47,170 nt of DNA from an uncultured Planctomycetia bacterium (lineage in GTDB: Bacteria; Omnitrophota; Gorgyraeia; 2-02-FULL-51-18): the NCBI GenBank assembly GCA_964447745.1, contig CAYUTV010000001.1, forward strand, positions 20,356 to 67,525. The letters run 5' to 3'. Positions 34,556-43,228 of the stretch are shown here, piece by piece (position 1 is the first letter of the stretch; each line of letters begins with the position of its first letter). Made by a program: the position numbers and the translations under genes. The notes below the pieces were generated by a model. That model had not been told where the DNA came from and searched no databases. It saw only the letters and a program-made list of their open reading frames with translations.

Positions 34556-36301
34556 TCACCCGCCTCCCAATGTAACGCGCATTACTTCCTCGATGGAAGT
34601 ATCCCCCGCCACGACACGCCTGTAGGCGCGGTCCTCGAGTGTTTGCATCCCGTCCTTTTCGGCGGCGACGCGGATTTCGCTGGTGGACGCTTTTTGAAGC
34701 GTCAGCCGCGCGATCTCATCCGTCATTGGCATCAACTCATAAATCGCGAAACGGCCCAGGTAGCCGGTTCTGGCACATTGCTCGCATCCGACGGCCTTAT
34801 AAATCGTTTTGAGTCCCGGCTGAATCTTCGACAACACAGGCGGAATTTTATCCGTTGCCTGTTTACATTTGGGACATAGGCGCCTCATCAGGCGCTGAGC
34901 GACAACCATCAAGAGGGATGACGAAACATAAAAGGATTCGATGCCTATATCGTTCAAACGTGTGATCGCCGAAGGCGCGTCGTTTGTGTGAAGGGTGCTA
35001 AACACCAAGTGACCCGTCAGAGCGGCTCGCACACAGATTTGCGCCGTCTCGAGATCACGGATTTCACCGACCAGCATGACATCCGGATCTTGGCGTAAAA
35101 ACGCGCGCAAACCCGTCGCAAACGTCAAGCCGATGCCCGGCTTTACCTGAACCTGATTGATCCCGGTGATCTGATATTCGACAGGATCCTCGATGGTAAT
35201 GATATTTTTGTCGACTCCCTTGATCTCGTTCAGCGCGGAGTATAACGTTGTGGTTTTACCGCTGCCCGTGGGACCGGTCAACAGAATCATCCCGTAAGGT
35301 TTGCGTATGATTTTCCTAAAGACATCCAACTCCTTGTCGTCGAAACCCAGGAGCTCCAGGTCCAACGCCAGCTTATTCCTGTCCAAAATACGCAGAACCA
35401 CTTTTTCACCGTGCACCGTCGGTATCGTCGAAACACGGAAATCGATTTGCTTGCGGTCAATGGTCGCGGAGAAACTGCCGTCCTGAGGAAGACGCTTTTC
35501 GGCGATATCCATGCGGCAGAGAATCTTGATGCGTGACACTAGCGGCAAGATCATGGACTTCTCCGGTGGCGGAATGGCGACCAAGACACCGTCAATACGG
35601 AATCGTATGCTGATTTTTTCTGAGAACGGTTCGATATGAATATCACTCGCCCTGTCCTTAATTGCCTGTCTTAATATCAGGTCTGTTAGTTTTACAACCG
35701 GTGCTTTTTCGGCGCTCGCTACGATATCATCAAGCGTCAAACGCTCTTGTTGGGGTGGCTGAGCGACCAACTCACGCGGCCCGTCCAACGATACATAGGA
35801 TGCGTCGATGGCGCTTTTTAACATGCCGCCTTCTCCATAGAACTCGCTGATCGCCTGCTCGATTTCAGACTGCGTGGAGATAAGACGGTTGATACGGTAA
35901 CCTGTCATTTTGTACAGATTATCCAACAGCACGATGTCCAACGGATCCGCGAAAGCAACCGTCAGCGTATTCGCGTGAAGCGAGATGGGAATCAGGCAGT
36001 TCTTACGGGCAAACTCTTCGGGGATAATCTTGTCGAGGGCCTGATCGGGGATGGGCTTAAGTAGCCCCTTATCCTTACCGGCATAGAGTATGTGTAGCTG
36101 TTTAGCCAGCACACTGGCGATGTTTTTATCGGAAACAAACCCCAGCCGGCATAGAATACCGCCCAGGGGTTCATGAGGCGATCGTTTTTGCTCCTCAAGA
36201 GCCTGCCCCAGCTGTTCTTTGGTGATTAATCCTTCCCGAAGCAGGATATCGCCCAGCTTAATATGCTGCTTGATATCCTCGGTCGGTTTATAAGCGCTCA
36301 T
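34556..36301 (-). CDS. PilB/GspE-family secretion ATPase with an MshEN-like N-terminal domain
   Basis: 581 aa. Walker A GPTGSGKTT, Asp box VGEIRD, His box GHLVFSTLHTN, tetracysteine CPKC..CEQC. The N-terminus carries a tandem xLGxxLxxxGxxxxxxLxxxLxxQ motif. Confidence 0.92.
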   Translation of the reverse strand: MSAYKPTEDIKQHIKLGDILLREGLITKEQLGQALEEQKRSPHEPLGGILCRLGFVSDKNIASVLAKQLHILYAGKDKGLLKPIPDQALDKIIPEEFARKNCLIPISLHANTLTVAFADPLDIVLLDNLYKMTGYRINRLISTQSEIEQAISEFYGEGGMLKSAIDASYVSLDGPRELVAQPPQQERLTLDDIVASAEKAPVVKLTDLILRQAIKDRASDIHIEPFSEKISIRFRIDGVLVAIPPPEKSMILPLVSRIKILCRMDIAEKRLPQDGSFSATIDRKQIDFRVSTIPTVHGEKVVLRILDRNKLALDLELLGFDDKELDVFRKIIRKPYGMILLTGPTGSGKTTTLYSALNEIKGVDKNIITIEDPVEYQITGINQVQVKPGIGLTFATGLRAFLRQDPDVMLVGEIRDLETAQICVRAALTGHLVFSTLHTNDAPSAITRLNDIGIESFYVSSSLLMVVAQRLMRRLCPKCKQATDKIPPVLSKIQPGLKTIYKAVGCEQCARTGYLGRFAIYELMPMTDEIARLTLQKASTSEIRVAAEKDGMQTLEDRAYRRVVAGDTSIEEVMRVTLGGG

Positions 36302-38034
36302 TTAGGTCTCGTTTTAAGATTTCCCTGGCTAAACATTTCCAATGCGTTGGCCATCTCCTGCTCCATTCCTTCCGGAGCCGCTGCGGCCGCTGTCTTGGCC
36401 TTTGTGCGGTATATACCCAGCTCATCGCCGATGACTACATGACGCTTAATCTCTGTCTGTTCCTGTGCGTTCAGGGTTCTTTCCAATTCACCGTCGCGGA
36501 ACGCATCCATCATTCTTGCGGAAGCGGGTTCTTTTCCGGCTGTCGTTATTTCCGAAGGAACGGTAAAGCTGTCATTTCCTTCGACGATGTGCGGCGTAAT
36601 AAAAATCAATAACTCTCTGTCCAAATCCCCGCGATCCTTGTAATTGAACGCCTTTCCGAAGATCGGCAAATCTCCCAAGCCCGGGATTTTCTTCATGGCT
36701 GTGCTGTAATCGCTGTCAATCAGACCGCCAAGAACAAGAGTCTCGTTATTTTTAACACGTGCCAGAGTGCGTACGGATCGTGTCGTGGGATCAAGGAATG
36801 TCGACGGAAAAAAGGAAGAGGCCACCGCCGTCGTGACGGAGGGCTCGACATAGAGATTGATGGATTGGTCTTGGTTGATCTGCGGTGTCATCTTGAGAAT
36901 GATGCCCGTAGGCGCTCTCTCGGCCGTATTGGTTGTCTGAGCACTCTGACCTTCGCTGGCGGTTGTCACCACCTGATTGGCGATGGCCGTATTCGTCACG
37001 AGCTTGATCTGCGCGGCTTCGTTATTCATCGTCAGAACGCGGGGGCGCGCCAGGATTTTGGTTTTTGTGTCTGATGTGATCATTCTTAATGTCACTGTGA
37101 GATTGCTCGCACTAACGGTGCCAAGCGTGATATCGCGGTTTTCGTTAACGCCCGTTCGGCTTCCTGACAAAACCTGGAAAGGAAAACCGGTTTCCTTGCT
37201 GCCGCCGGTTAAGGACCCCAGCGCACCGTTGCTGCCGCCCCAATCAAAACCGTGATCCTCCAGAAGATTTCGGCGGACCTCCATAATATGAACTTCAATC
37301 ATCACCTGTTTAGAGGGAACGTCGATTTTTTCCAAAACCTTTTCGATTTGTTTGAGTGTTTGAGGCGTGTCCGTGACGATCAGACTATTGGTGTTTAGAT
37401 CTATCGCTACTTTCCCCTTATCGGAAAGCATGCTACCAATCAAGGTATCCACGCCTCTTCCCGTGATAACGTTTTCTTTGGAAGAAGAACTCTTGGAACT
37501 GGCCCCGGTGGAAGATGAGGAACTCCCTCCTGAGTCGGAGCTCGCCGTTGCGGTCGTCGTGTCGATGGCGTTAATATCGCTGGCAGCCGTGAGCTCTTGG
37601 ATGATGCTGCCTCCGGCGAGGTCAATGGGCGACGATGACAGGCGTGTGTATTTCAGAGTAAATACGCGTGTCTCAGTGCCGGTATCGGTGATTCCTGCCG
37701 GATAAATAATATATAGGTTGTCGTTTTTCTTTTCATAGCGCAGGCCGTTCGCGTTAACGATGCTGTCGAGGGCGTCTTGCACCGTCACGTCTTCAAAGTA
37801 GACGGTAACTTTCTTCACCTCCACCCCCTCGCTGGTCACAAAGTTGAGAGCGGACTGTTGAGATAAAATCTTGAGGACGTTCTTAATAGGCGCGTCCTCA
37901 AAATCCATGGAGATGAGTTGTTCGGCGGGTTCCTCATACGCCACCGCAACGGGCGGCGCAACGCTCACGAGGCAAAACGCGACCAACGTTATCGCGGCTA
38001 TCTTTTGAAGTGATTTCATGGCATCCTCTCTCAT
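36298..38034 (-). CDS. Secretin (PilQ/GspD family)
   Basis: 578 aa with a signal peptide. N0-like domain ISMDFEDAPIKNVLKILSQQSALNFV. C-terminal secretin motif TLVLGGLIDS..IPGLGDLPIFGKAF..RELLIFITPHIV. Confidence 0.88.
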   Translation of the reverse strand: MREDAMKSLQKIAAITLVAFCLVSVAPPVAVAYEEPAEQLISMDFEDAPIKNVLKILSQQSALNFVTSEGVEVKKVTVYFEDVTVQDALDSIVNANGLRYEKKNDNLYIIYPAGITDTGTETRVFTLKYTRLSSSPIDLAGGSIIQELTAASDINAIDTTTATASSDSGGSSSSSTGASSKSSSSKENVITGRGVDTLIGSMLSDKGKVAIDLNTNSLIVTDTPQTLKQIEKVLEKIDVPSKQVMIEVHIMEVRRNLLEDHGFDWGGSNGALGSLTGGSKETGFPFQVLSGSRTGVNENRDITLGTVSASNLTVTLRMITSDTKTKILARPRVLTMNNEAAQIKLVTNTAIANQVVTTASEGQSAQTTNTAERAPTGIILKMTPQINQDQSINLYVEPSVTTAVASSFFPSTFLDPTTRSVRTLARVKNNETLVLGGLIDSDYSTAMKKIPGLGDLPIFGKAFNYKDRGDLDRELLIFITPHIVEGNDSFTVPSEITTAGKEPASARMMDAFRDGELERTLNAQEQTEIKRHVVIGDELGIYRTKAKTAAAAAPEGMEQEMANALEMFSQGNLKTRPK

Positions 38035-38357
38035 TTAAGTGTCAGCATAAATTCTTGATCTTGATCGATGTATTTCGCTCGAACGCCTTCCTTGGTGACT
38101 TCCAAAATTTTGACGTCGTTCAAAACACTGCCCGCCTGAACGACTTTGCCGTTAATAACGGCCTGTGGTTGCTTCGCATTCCACACAAGTCCCTGCAATA
38201 CGAGCGGACTCTTTCTGGTCGCTGTCTGTGATTGTTTGGGCTGGGGCTGGTTCACAAGTCCGAACGGGTCCCTGAACTTCTGTCCCGCGTATTCCACGGC
38301 ATAGACATCGCAAGCCAACAGAAGTCCCACAATCAATACCGCGGCAGCCCTCACCAT
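38031..38357 (-). CDS. PilP-like lipoprotein
   Basis: 108 aa with lipobox LLAC. DPF motif and a C-terminal beta domain LQGLVWNAKQPQAVINGKVVQAGSVLNDVKILEV. Sits between the PilO-like gene and the secretin. Confidence 0.55.
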   Translation of the reverse strand: MVRAAAVLIVGLLLACDVYAVEYAGQKFRDPFGLVNQPQPKQSQTATRKSPLVLQGLVWNAKQPQAVINGKVVQAGSVLNDVKILEVTKEGVRAKYIDQDQEFMLTLK

Positions 38358-38881
38358 TAGACGGTCACCATCGGCCGGTATCCGGCCAGTCTAATCACGA
38401 CTTTCAATACTCTCTCCTTCGTTTCGTTATCAATAATGGTGGTAACATCCAAATTCTGAATCTTGAGAAACTGCTGATAACTCTCAATGCGGCTGATAAA
38501 ATCTCCTATCAAATGGTATTTTCCAAATGCCTGCAATCCAAACGTAACACGTTCATAATCGCCCACGACCTCCACCTGACCCGGAGTCACCGAGTTCAGC
38601 GCCACGCCGGATTTCTGTGCCATCTGGTTCAAGTCCTGGATGATCACGGAAACTTGGTTTTTTTGGATGAATTGGGGCTCATAGGCCTTCATCGCATTTT
38701 GTATCGCCGAAATCTCGCCCAAGATCGCCGACTTGTTCCGCTCTTCTGAGAGCTGGTGAGCGACTCTCCTGGACCCCTTCAGGAACGGCTGCAATACAAA
38801 CCCGTTGGCAATAATCATGGCGAATATAAAAACGCCGATCAACAGAACCGTTATCTGATTGAGCTTGCGACTCATAATCAA
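38357..38881 (-). CDS. PilO/GspM-like bitopic assembly protein
   Basis: 174 aa with one N-terminal TM helix, a coiled segment and a ~90-aa C-terminal domain. The call rests on position and topology only. Confidence 0.5.
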   Translation of the reverse strand: MIMSRKLNQITVLLIGVFIFAMIIANGFVLQPFLKGSRRVAHQLSEERNKSAILGEISAIQNAMKAYEPQFIQKNQVSVIIQDLNQMAQKSGVALNSVTPGQVEVVGDYERVTFGLQAFGKYHLIGDFISRIESYQQFLKIQNLDVTTIIDNETKERVLKVVIRLAGYRPMVTV

Positions 38882-40446
38882 TAAGCCCTCGGTCTGGCGG
38901 GAGAGGCGCCTTCGATCTCAAAATCCGTGCCTGCCGCCGGCCCTTCCGTAGTCTTTTTGATGGAAGCGACTCGAAGCGCTTCCAAACCCTTCATAAAATC
39001 AGCGTCTTGCGACATCGAATTTAAAAATTTATCCACTTCCAGGAACCCCTGTTCGCCGCGTCCCAACACACTGCCCTGCAGCTCGACAAAAAGAACATTG
39101 GGCTGCTCTTTGTTATCCATGTCGCTGTAGACGAGGCGTTCCAACTGTACGCTTCTTGGCACGAGCTTGGCGACTTCGGTGAGTTTTGTGGTGCAATAGA
39201 TTCTATTTTTTATGAGATCATCGAGATAGGTCTTTTTCTTTTGGAGTTCATTTCGCTTCATTTCCAACTCAGGCACAGGCAAGGCCGCAAAGGCAGCCAT
39301 TTGGTCCGAATAACCGCGCTGAATCGCGTTAATTGCTTTTTGTTTGGACGAGAGATGGCTTTGGGTGGCGAATTGAAGAATACCGAACAACACGATAAAC
39401 ACCGCCGCCTCCGTCAGAACATATTTTTGAACGGTTTCTTTGTCAAAAGTGCTCACTGAGCTCAAACCGGATACAGCCGCTTTTTTCTTGCGCTCTGCGG
39501 GCTCAACCAGATTGATCTTCCAGTTCACGTTCGAAGAAAAGCCGGAGATTGCCGCGCCGGCCGCCGTGGCCACTTCCGGGTGATAATCCCCCGATATCCC
39601 ATACTTAAGAATCGGATTTTTGACATTCCCAAGGATTTCAAATTCACTCTTGGCAAGCTTGGTCCACGTCGCGGCATCCGGGCCGCCTTCTTCTCCGGCA
39701 ACAACAATGCTGATTACTTTCTGATCCTTAAAATTTTTGTAGAAATAGTTAAATGAGAGCTGGAGGTCGGGTAAAATCGCCTCGGGGATAGGGCGCGTTT
39801 TTTCCTGGGTCTCGCTAAAGCGCGTCACCACGCAATGACGCGCCATCAACATAAGATTGGGCTTGCCGATGACAATATTCACGGTGCCGTCGTTTTTGGG
39901 ATCGACGTAGGCCTGCACCGGCACATCATTTCGAGGTTTGTCCGGATAGAAGCACCGCATCATTGAGACCGAACTCGGCTCGACGGAGCGAACGTTGAAT
40001 CCCGCACCACGAATGGCTTCCAGACGACTCTCCAACACTTCCTTCCTCATGGCAAAAAACATGATCCTCATTTTGGAATTTCTTTTGTCGATGGAGATTT
40101 TGTAATCGGTGGCGAGCTCGCGCAAGTCAAAAGGAACGTACTTCTGTGCTTCAAACCTGACGGATGTCTTCCATTCCTTCTTTGGCAATAGAGGCATTTC
40201 AAAATAACGGACCATCGATTCATTTTCCGGAACCGACAATGTCACCGGACGGCGTTGAATTGCCGCCTTCGTGAATGCTTTTTTCATCGCCTGGGCCAAA
40301 GCCACATCCTCGCCCCCCGCGATTGCTCCGGGGATCGTTTCCTCAGCGGATTTAGTGATTTTATTTCTGCCGAATTGATTGACGACCTCGGCAATAAAGA
40401 CGGATCGCCCACTGGCATAAACCCCTATCGCTGTTGAAGTAAACAC
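38878..40446 (-). CDS. PilM-PilN fusion (actin-like assembly ATPase fold + TM + PilN-like region; GspL-like overall)
   Basis: 522 aa with a GTG start and GAGGAG upstream. PilM-like SVPENESMVRYFEMPLLPKKEWKTSVRFEAQKYVPFDLRELATDYKI. TM helix AAVFIVLFGILQFA at ~aa 345, followed by a periplasmic region. Confidence 0.65.
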   Translation of the reverse strand: MFTSTAIGVYASGRSVFIAEVVNQFGRNKITKSAEETIPGAIAGGEDVALAQAMKKAFTKAAIQRRPVTLSVPENESMVRYFEMPLLPKKEWKTSVRFEAQKYVPFDLRELATDYKISIDKRNSKMRIMFFAMRKEVLESRLEAIRGAGFNVRSVEPSSVSMMRCFYPDKPRNDVPVQAYVDPKNDGTVNIVIGKPNLMLMARHCVVTRFSETQEKTRPIPEAILPDLQLSFNYFYKNFKDQKVISIVVAGEEGGPDAATWTKLAKSEFEILGNVKNPILKYGISGDYHPEVATAAGAAISGFSSNVNWKINLVEPAERKKKAAVSGLSSVSTFDKETVQKYVLTEAAVFIVLFGILQFATQSHLSSKQKAINAIQRGYSDQMAAFAALPVPELEMKRNELQKKKTYLDDLIKNRIYCTTKLTEVAKLVPRSVQLERLVYSDMDNKEQPNVLFVELQGSVLGRGEQGFLEVDKFLNSMSQDADFMKGLEALRVASIKKTTEGPAAGTDFEIEGASPARPRAY

Positions 40447-40514
40447 AGTCTCCTCTGATTAAAATTGTGTATTTTTGCTAATTAAAGACATAAGGCTATA
40501 AAGCCATTATATAT

Positions 40515-40542
40515 ATTATCACATTCTATTGTTTATTGTTAA
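40515..40542 (-). promoter_or_regulatory. Candidate sigma70 promoter for the pilMN-to-pilC operon
   Basis: Minus strand: TTAACA (40542-40537), 16 nt spacer, TGTGATAAT extended -10 (GATAAT 40520-40515). The AT-rich spacer offers alternative hexamers. Confidence 0.3.
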
Positions 40543-40562
40543 GTAAATTTGTTAAAAAGGGG

Positions 40563-40991
40563 CTATTTTGTGACGGGGTCTGAGAGGATGGTTTCGTCGG
40601 GTTTCTCAAGGACAAATTCGGGGTCTATCAAGGGGTCGTAACCTCCACGAACGGGTATCGGGAACGTGACAGTCTCAAAAAGACCGGTCGCGGTTCTGGC
40701 GATCGCATTGCCTAAGCCATAAATAGGGCCCCAGCTCAACGCCGCCACCCCACCCTCTGTTTTATCGATGTGTTCTATGCCTTTAAAAATTTCTAGCCAA
40801 CCCATGGTCAGGTTAGACAAACCGCGCCCGAGCTTACGGTTCATTCCCGCCGAAGTCTCCGCTCTATCCGCTTTGGCGCCTTTGATGGCCGGCGGCGGCA
40901 TCTTAACGCTGTAATCGCTTGCCTGGGCGGGGCATGCAAAGAGAATTCCCACGACGACCATCACTGCCGGCAAATTAGCGAGATTCTTCAT
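40563..40991 (-). CDS. Secreted small protein resembling the exosortase-system-associated TIGR04073 family
   Basis: Signal peptide MKNLANLPAVMVVVGILFACPAQA. The KLGRGLSNLTMGWLEIFKGI motif is what I recall for TIGR04073. The start could be 41009 rather than 40991. The family call is from memory. Confidence 0.45.
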   Translation of the reverse strand: MKNLANLPAVMVVVGILFACPAQASDYSVKMPPPAIKGAKADRAETSAGMNRKLGRGLSNLTMGWLEIFKGIEHIDKTEGGVAALSWGPIYGLGNAIARTATGLFETVTFPIPVRGGYDPLIDPEFVLEKPDETILSDPVTK

Positions 40992-41580
40992 CGTCTTCCT
41001 CTTCATCATCCTCTTCGCCTTCTTCGCCCTCTTCCGCGTCGTACTCTTCAAAATCCTCGGCCGCATCGGCGCCGGGTTCCTGGGCCGGAGGCGCTTCCTC
41101 GAGACTCTTGAAAAATTGCTCGGGCGTCATCGTCTTTAAGGTTTCTTTGAATTTATCGATTTCTTCTTTGGTGATGGAGCTGTTAATGGCCGGGCATTTC
41201 GCCAAGACCTTTTCGTCGATGAATATAGGGCAATTAACTCGCACGGCTAGAGCCAGAGAATCCGACGGCCGGGCATCCAACGTCACGGATTTGCCTCCGA
41301 TATTCAAGTAAATGATCGCGTAGTAGCTGTTGTCTTTAAGATCGCTCACCGCGACTTTCTCGACGGTGGCGCCCATCACGTGAAGCATATTGACCATAAG
41401 ATCGTGAGTCAGCGGTCTGGGAAACTTTTCTCCCTGCATCTCAAGAGCGATGGCATTACCCTCGCTTACGCCTATCCAGATGGGAACCAGGCGCGTCTTT
41501 TCGAGGTCCTCCAACACCACAACGTATTGCGGCAGAGGAAATAGCGAGACCACTGAAGAAATTTTGGCTTCTTTCATCAT
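40975..41580 (-). CDS. Bifunctional nuclease family protein (DUF151/BFN) with a poly-acidic C-terminal tail
   Basis: VVLEDLEKTRLVPIWIG..EGNAIA and LDARPSDSLALAVR motifs. The last ~40 aa are EAPPAQEPGADAAEDFEEYDAEEGEEGEEDDEEEDDEESR. Confidence 0.75.
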   Translation of the reverse strand: MMKEAKISSVVSLFPLPQYVVVLEDLEKTRLVPIWIGVSEGNAIALEMQGEKFPRPLTHDLMVNMLHVMGATVEKVAVSDLKDNSYYAIIYLNIGGKSVTLDARPSDSLALAVRVNCPIFIDEKVLAKCPAINSSITKEEIDKFKETLKTMTPEQFFKSLEEAPPAQEPGADAAEDFEEYDAEEGEEGEEDDEEEDDEESR

Positions 41581-41589
41581 GAAATTATT

Positions 41590-42099
41590 CTAGACGCTTT
41601 GGTCTGAATTAGCAAGGCGGGGTGCGGCTTCTTTATCCGCCCAAATCCCCTTTTTTTGCCGTTTCGCCTCTGCCTCGGCCTGTTTGAGCTGCAGATAATA
41701 CTTTCCATTGGGCTTGTAGTACTTCGCACGCGCCAGCCCCTCCGACACCATCACGAGATTCACCAAGCGCCCGTCCTTCAGAAACACGTAGGCCAGATTC
41801 CTGCCGTAATCGTCCTCTTTTTTTACGTCATATTCCAGCGTCACGAGCTTCTCCTTGAGGAGCTTACGTGCAAATTGGAACGCCTCCTTACCATAAAACT
41901 GTACTTTTCCATGATTGGGATTATATTCCGGAGCATCCACTCCGATGAGCCGGACTTTTTCGCCGCCCGTAATAACAAACGTGTCGCCATCGATCACCCA
42001 TTCCACGATTCCCGACGCGGGGTGTGTGACACCAAGGACCGGACCTGACCACACCAATCCCGAGACCAATAGTAAGCAAACAGTGGCCCGTTTAAGCAT
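41590..42099 (-). CDS. Secreted thermonuclease (staphylococcal nuclease/SNase-like)
   Basis: Trimmed to ATG 42099 (GGAGG 5 nt upstream), giving signal peptide MLKRATVCLLLVSGLVWSGPVLG. Motifs VIDGDTFVI..VRLIGVDAPE and GRNLAYVF..EGLAR..A..EAEAKRQKKGIWA. Confidence 0.8.
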   Translation of the reverse strand: MLKRATVCLLLVSGLVWSGPVLGVTHPASGIVEWVIDGDTFVITGGEKVRLIGVDAPEYNPNHGKVQFYGKEAFQFARKLLKEKLVTLEYDVKKEDDYGRNLAYVFLKDGRLVNLVMVSEGLARAKYYKPNGKYYLQLKQAEAEAKRQKKGIWADKEAAPRLANSDQSV

Positions 42100-43228
42100 G
42101 CGAACCTCCGTGAGATAGTTTCTGTGCGTACCGGATTCTGCTATCGATGGAAGGATGATCATAAAACAAAAACTCTATCCACGGATGCGGCTTCTTTACG
42201 GCTAAATTCTGCTCGGCCAGCCGATTCATAAGGGAGGTGAAAGTCTCCTGAGAGTCGTATTTCTGCAACGCGTAGCGGTCCGCCTCTCTCTCCATCTGTC
42301 TCGAGACCGCGTTCTGGATGGGGGCGGAAAAAAGATTCACGAGAAACAAACCAAGTGATAACAGCGGAAACCAGCGCAAGTCACTGAGATCGTAGCCGCG
42401 CGTCAGAACGAAAAATATGAAAAAACCCGCCACAGTGGCCGCCGAGCCCATCAGAATGGAGCGCGAAATATGCTTCAGCGCGTGATGACCTATCTCGTGC
42501 GCCATCACCATTTCGATCTCGGGTTGAGTGAAGTTTTTTAGGAGCGTGTCCCCCAATAGAATCCTGCGCGACTTTCCTATTCCCACCAGCGCGGCATTGG
42601 CCTTTCTGGTTTTCTTGGACAGAGCGATCTCAAAAATACCGTTCACAGACACTCTGCAGCGCCTGCATAACTCGAGAAGCGTTTGCTTAAGCTCCCCTTC
42701 GGGCAAGGGTTTTGTGGAATAGAATATGGAGATTATAAGCGTGGGCATAATCCTCGAGAAGAATAGTGTCATCACTAGCCACGCAAGCGCAAGAATCCAC
42801 CACCAGGCATCCGGGTAATGCCGGACGACGTAATAAAAGAATCCTCCTGTCAGAAGAAACAGTCCGAGACCCAAAGCATAGCGCTTGGCAGCGTCGGCGA
42901 TCCATGCCGCGAGACTCTGGCGTGAGAGCGAGAACTTCTTCTCCGTAAGAAATCCGGAATAAAAACTGAGGGGCAGCGTCGCGAAAAACGTAATCTGATA
43001 AAAGAGCGCGAGGTATGTCAGGGTTGTAATCTCAAAACTTGCCTCCGCCCCAATCAAAGATGGCAACCATCGCAGAGGAAGCGCTGATTGATAAAGAAAA
43101 ATCAGAAGGGCCGCATGAAATGCGGAGCCGACAAAGAAAATGGTTAGTTTTCGGCGATGATAACTGTGGGCTTCAGCGCTGTCCAGAAAAATGGGACAAC
43201 CAAAGGAGGCCCAGAATCGTTTTGCCAT
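42092..43228 (-). CDS. M48-family zinc metallopeptidase (Ste24/HtpX-like, polytopic)
   Basis: HEXXH in MVMAHEIGHHALKH, several N-terminal TM helices and C-terminal READRYA. ATG 43228 is preferred to the track's GTG 43240. Either start overlaps the Nudix gene by more than 50 nt, so the start is uncertain. Confidence 0.8.
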   Translation of the reverse strand: MAKRFWASFGCPIFLDSAEAHSYHRRKLTIFFVGSAFHAALLIFLYQSALPLRWLPSLIGAEASFEITTLTYLALFYQITFFATLPLSFYSGFLTEKKFSLSRQSLAAWIADAAKRYALGLGLFLLTGGFFYYVVRHYPDAWWWILALAWLVMTLFFSRIMPTLIISIFYSTKPLPEGELKQTLLELCRRCRVSVNGIFEIALSKKTRKANAALVGIGKSRRILLGDTLLKNFTQPEIEMVMAHEIGHHALKHISRSILMGSAATVAGFFIFFVLTRGYDLSDLRWFPLLSLGLFLVNLFSAPIQNAVSRQMEREADRYALQKYDSQETFTSLMNRLAEQNLAVKKPHPWIEFLFYDHPSIDSRIRYAQKLSHGGSHA

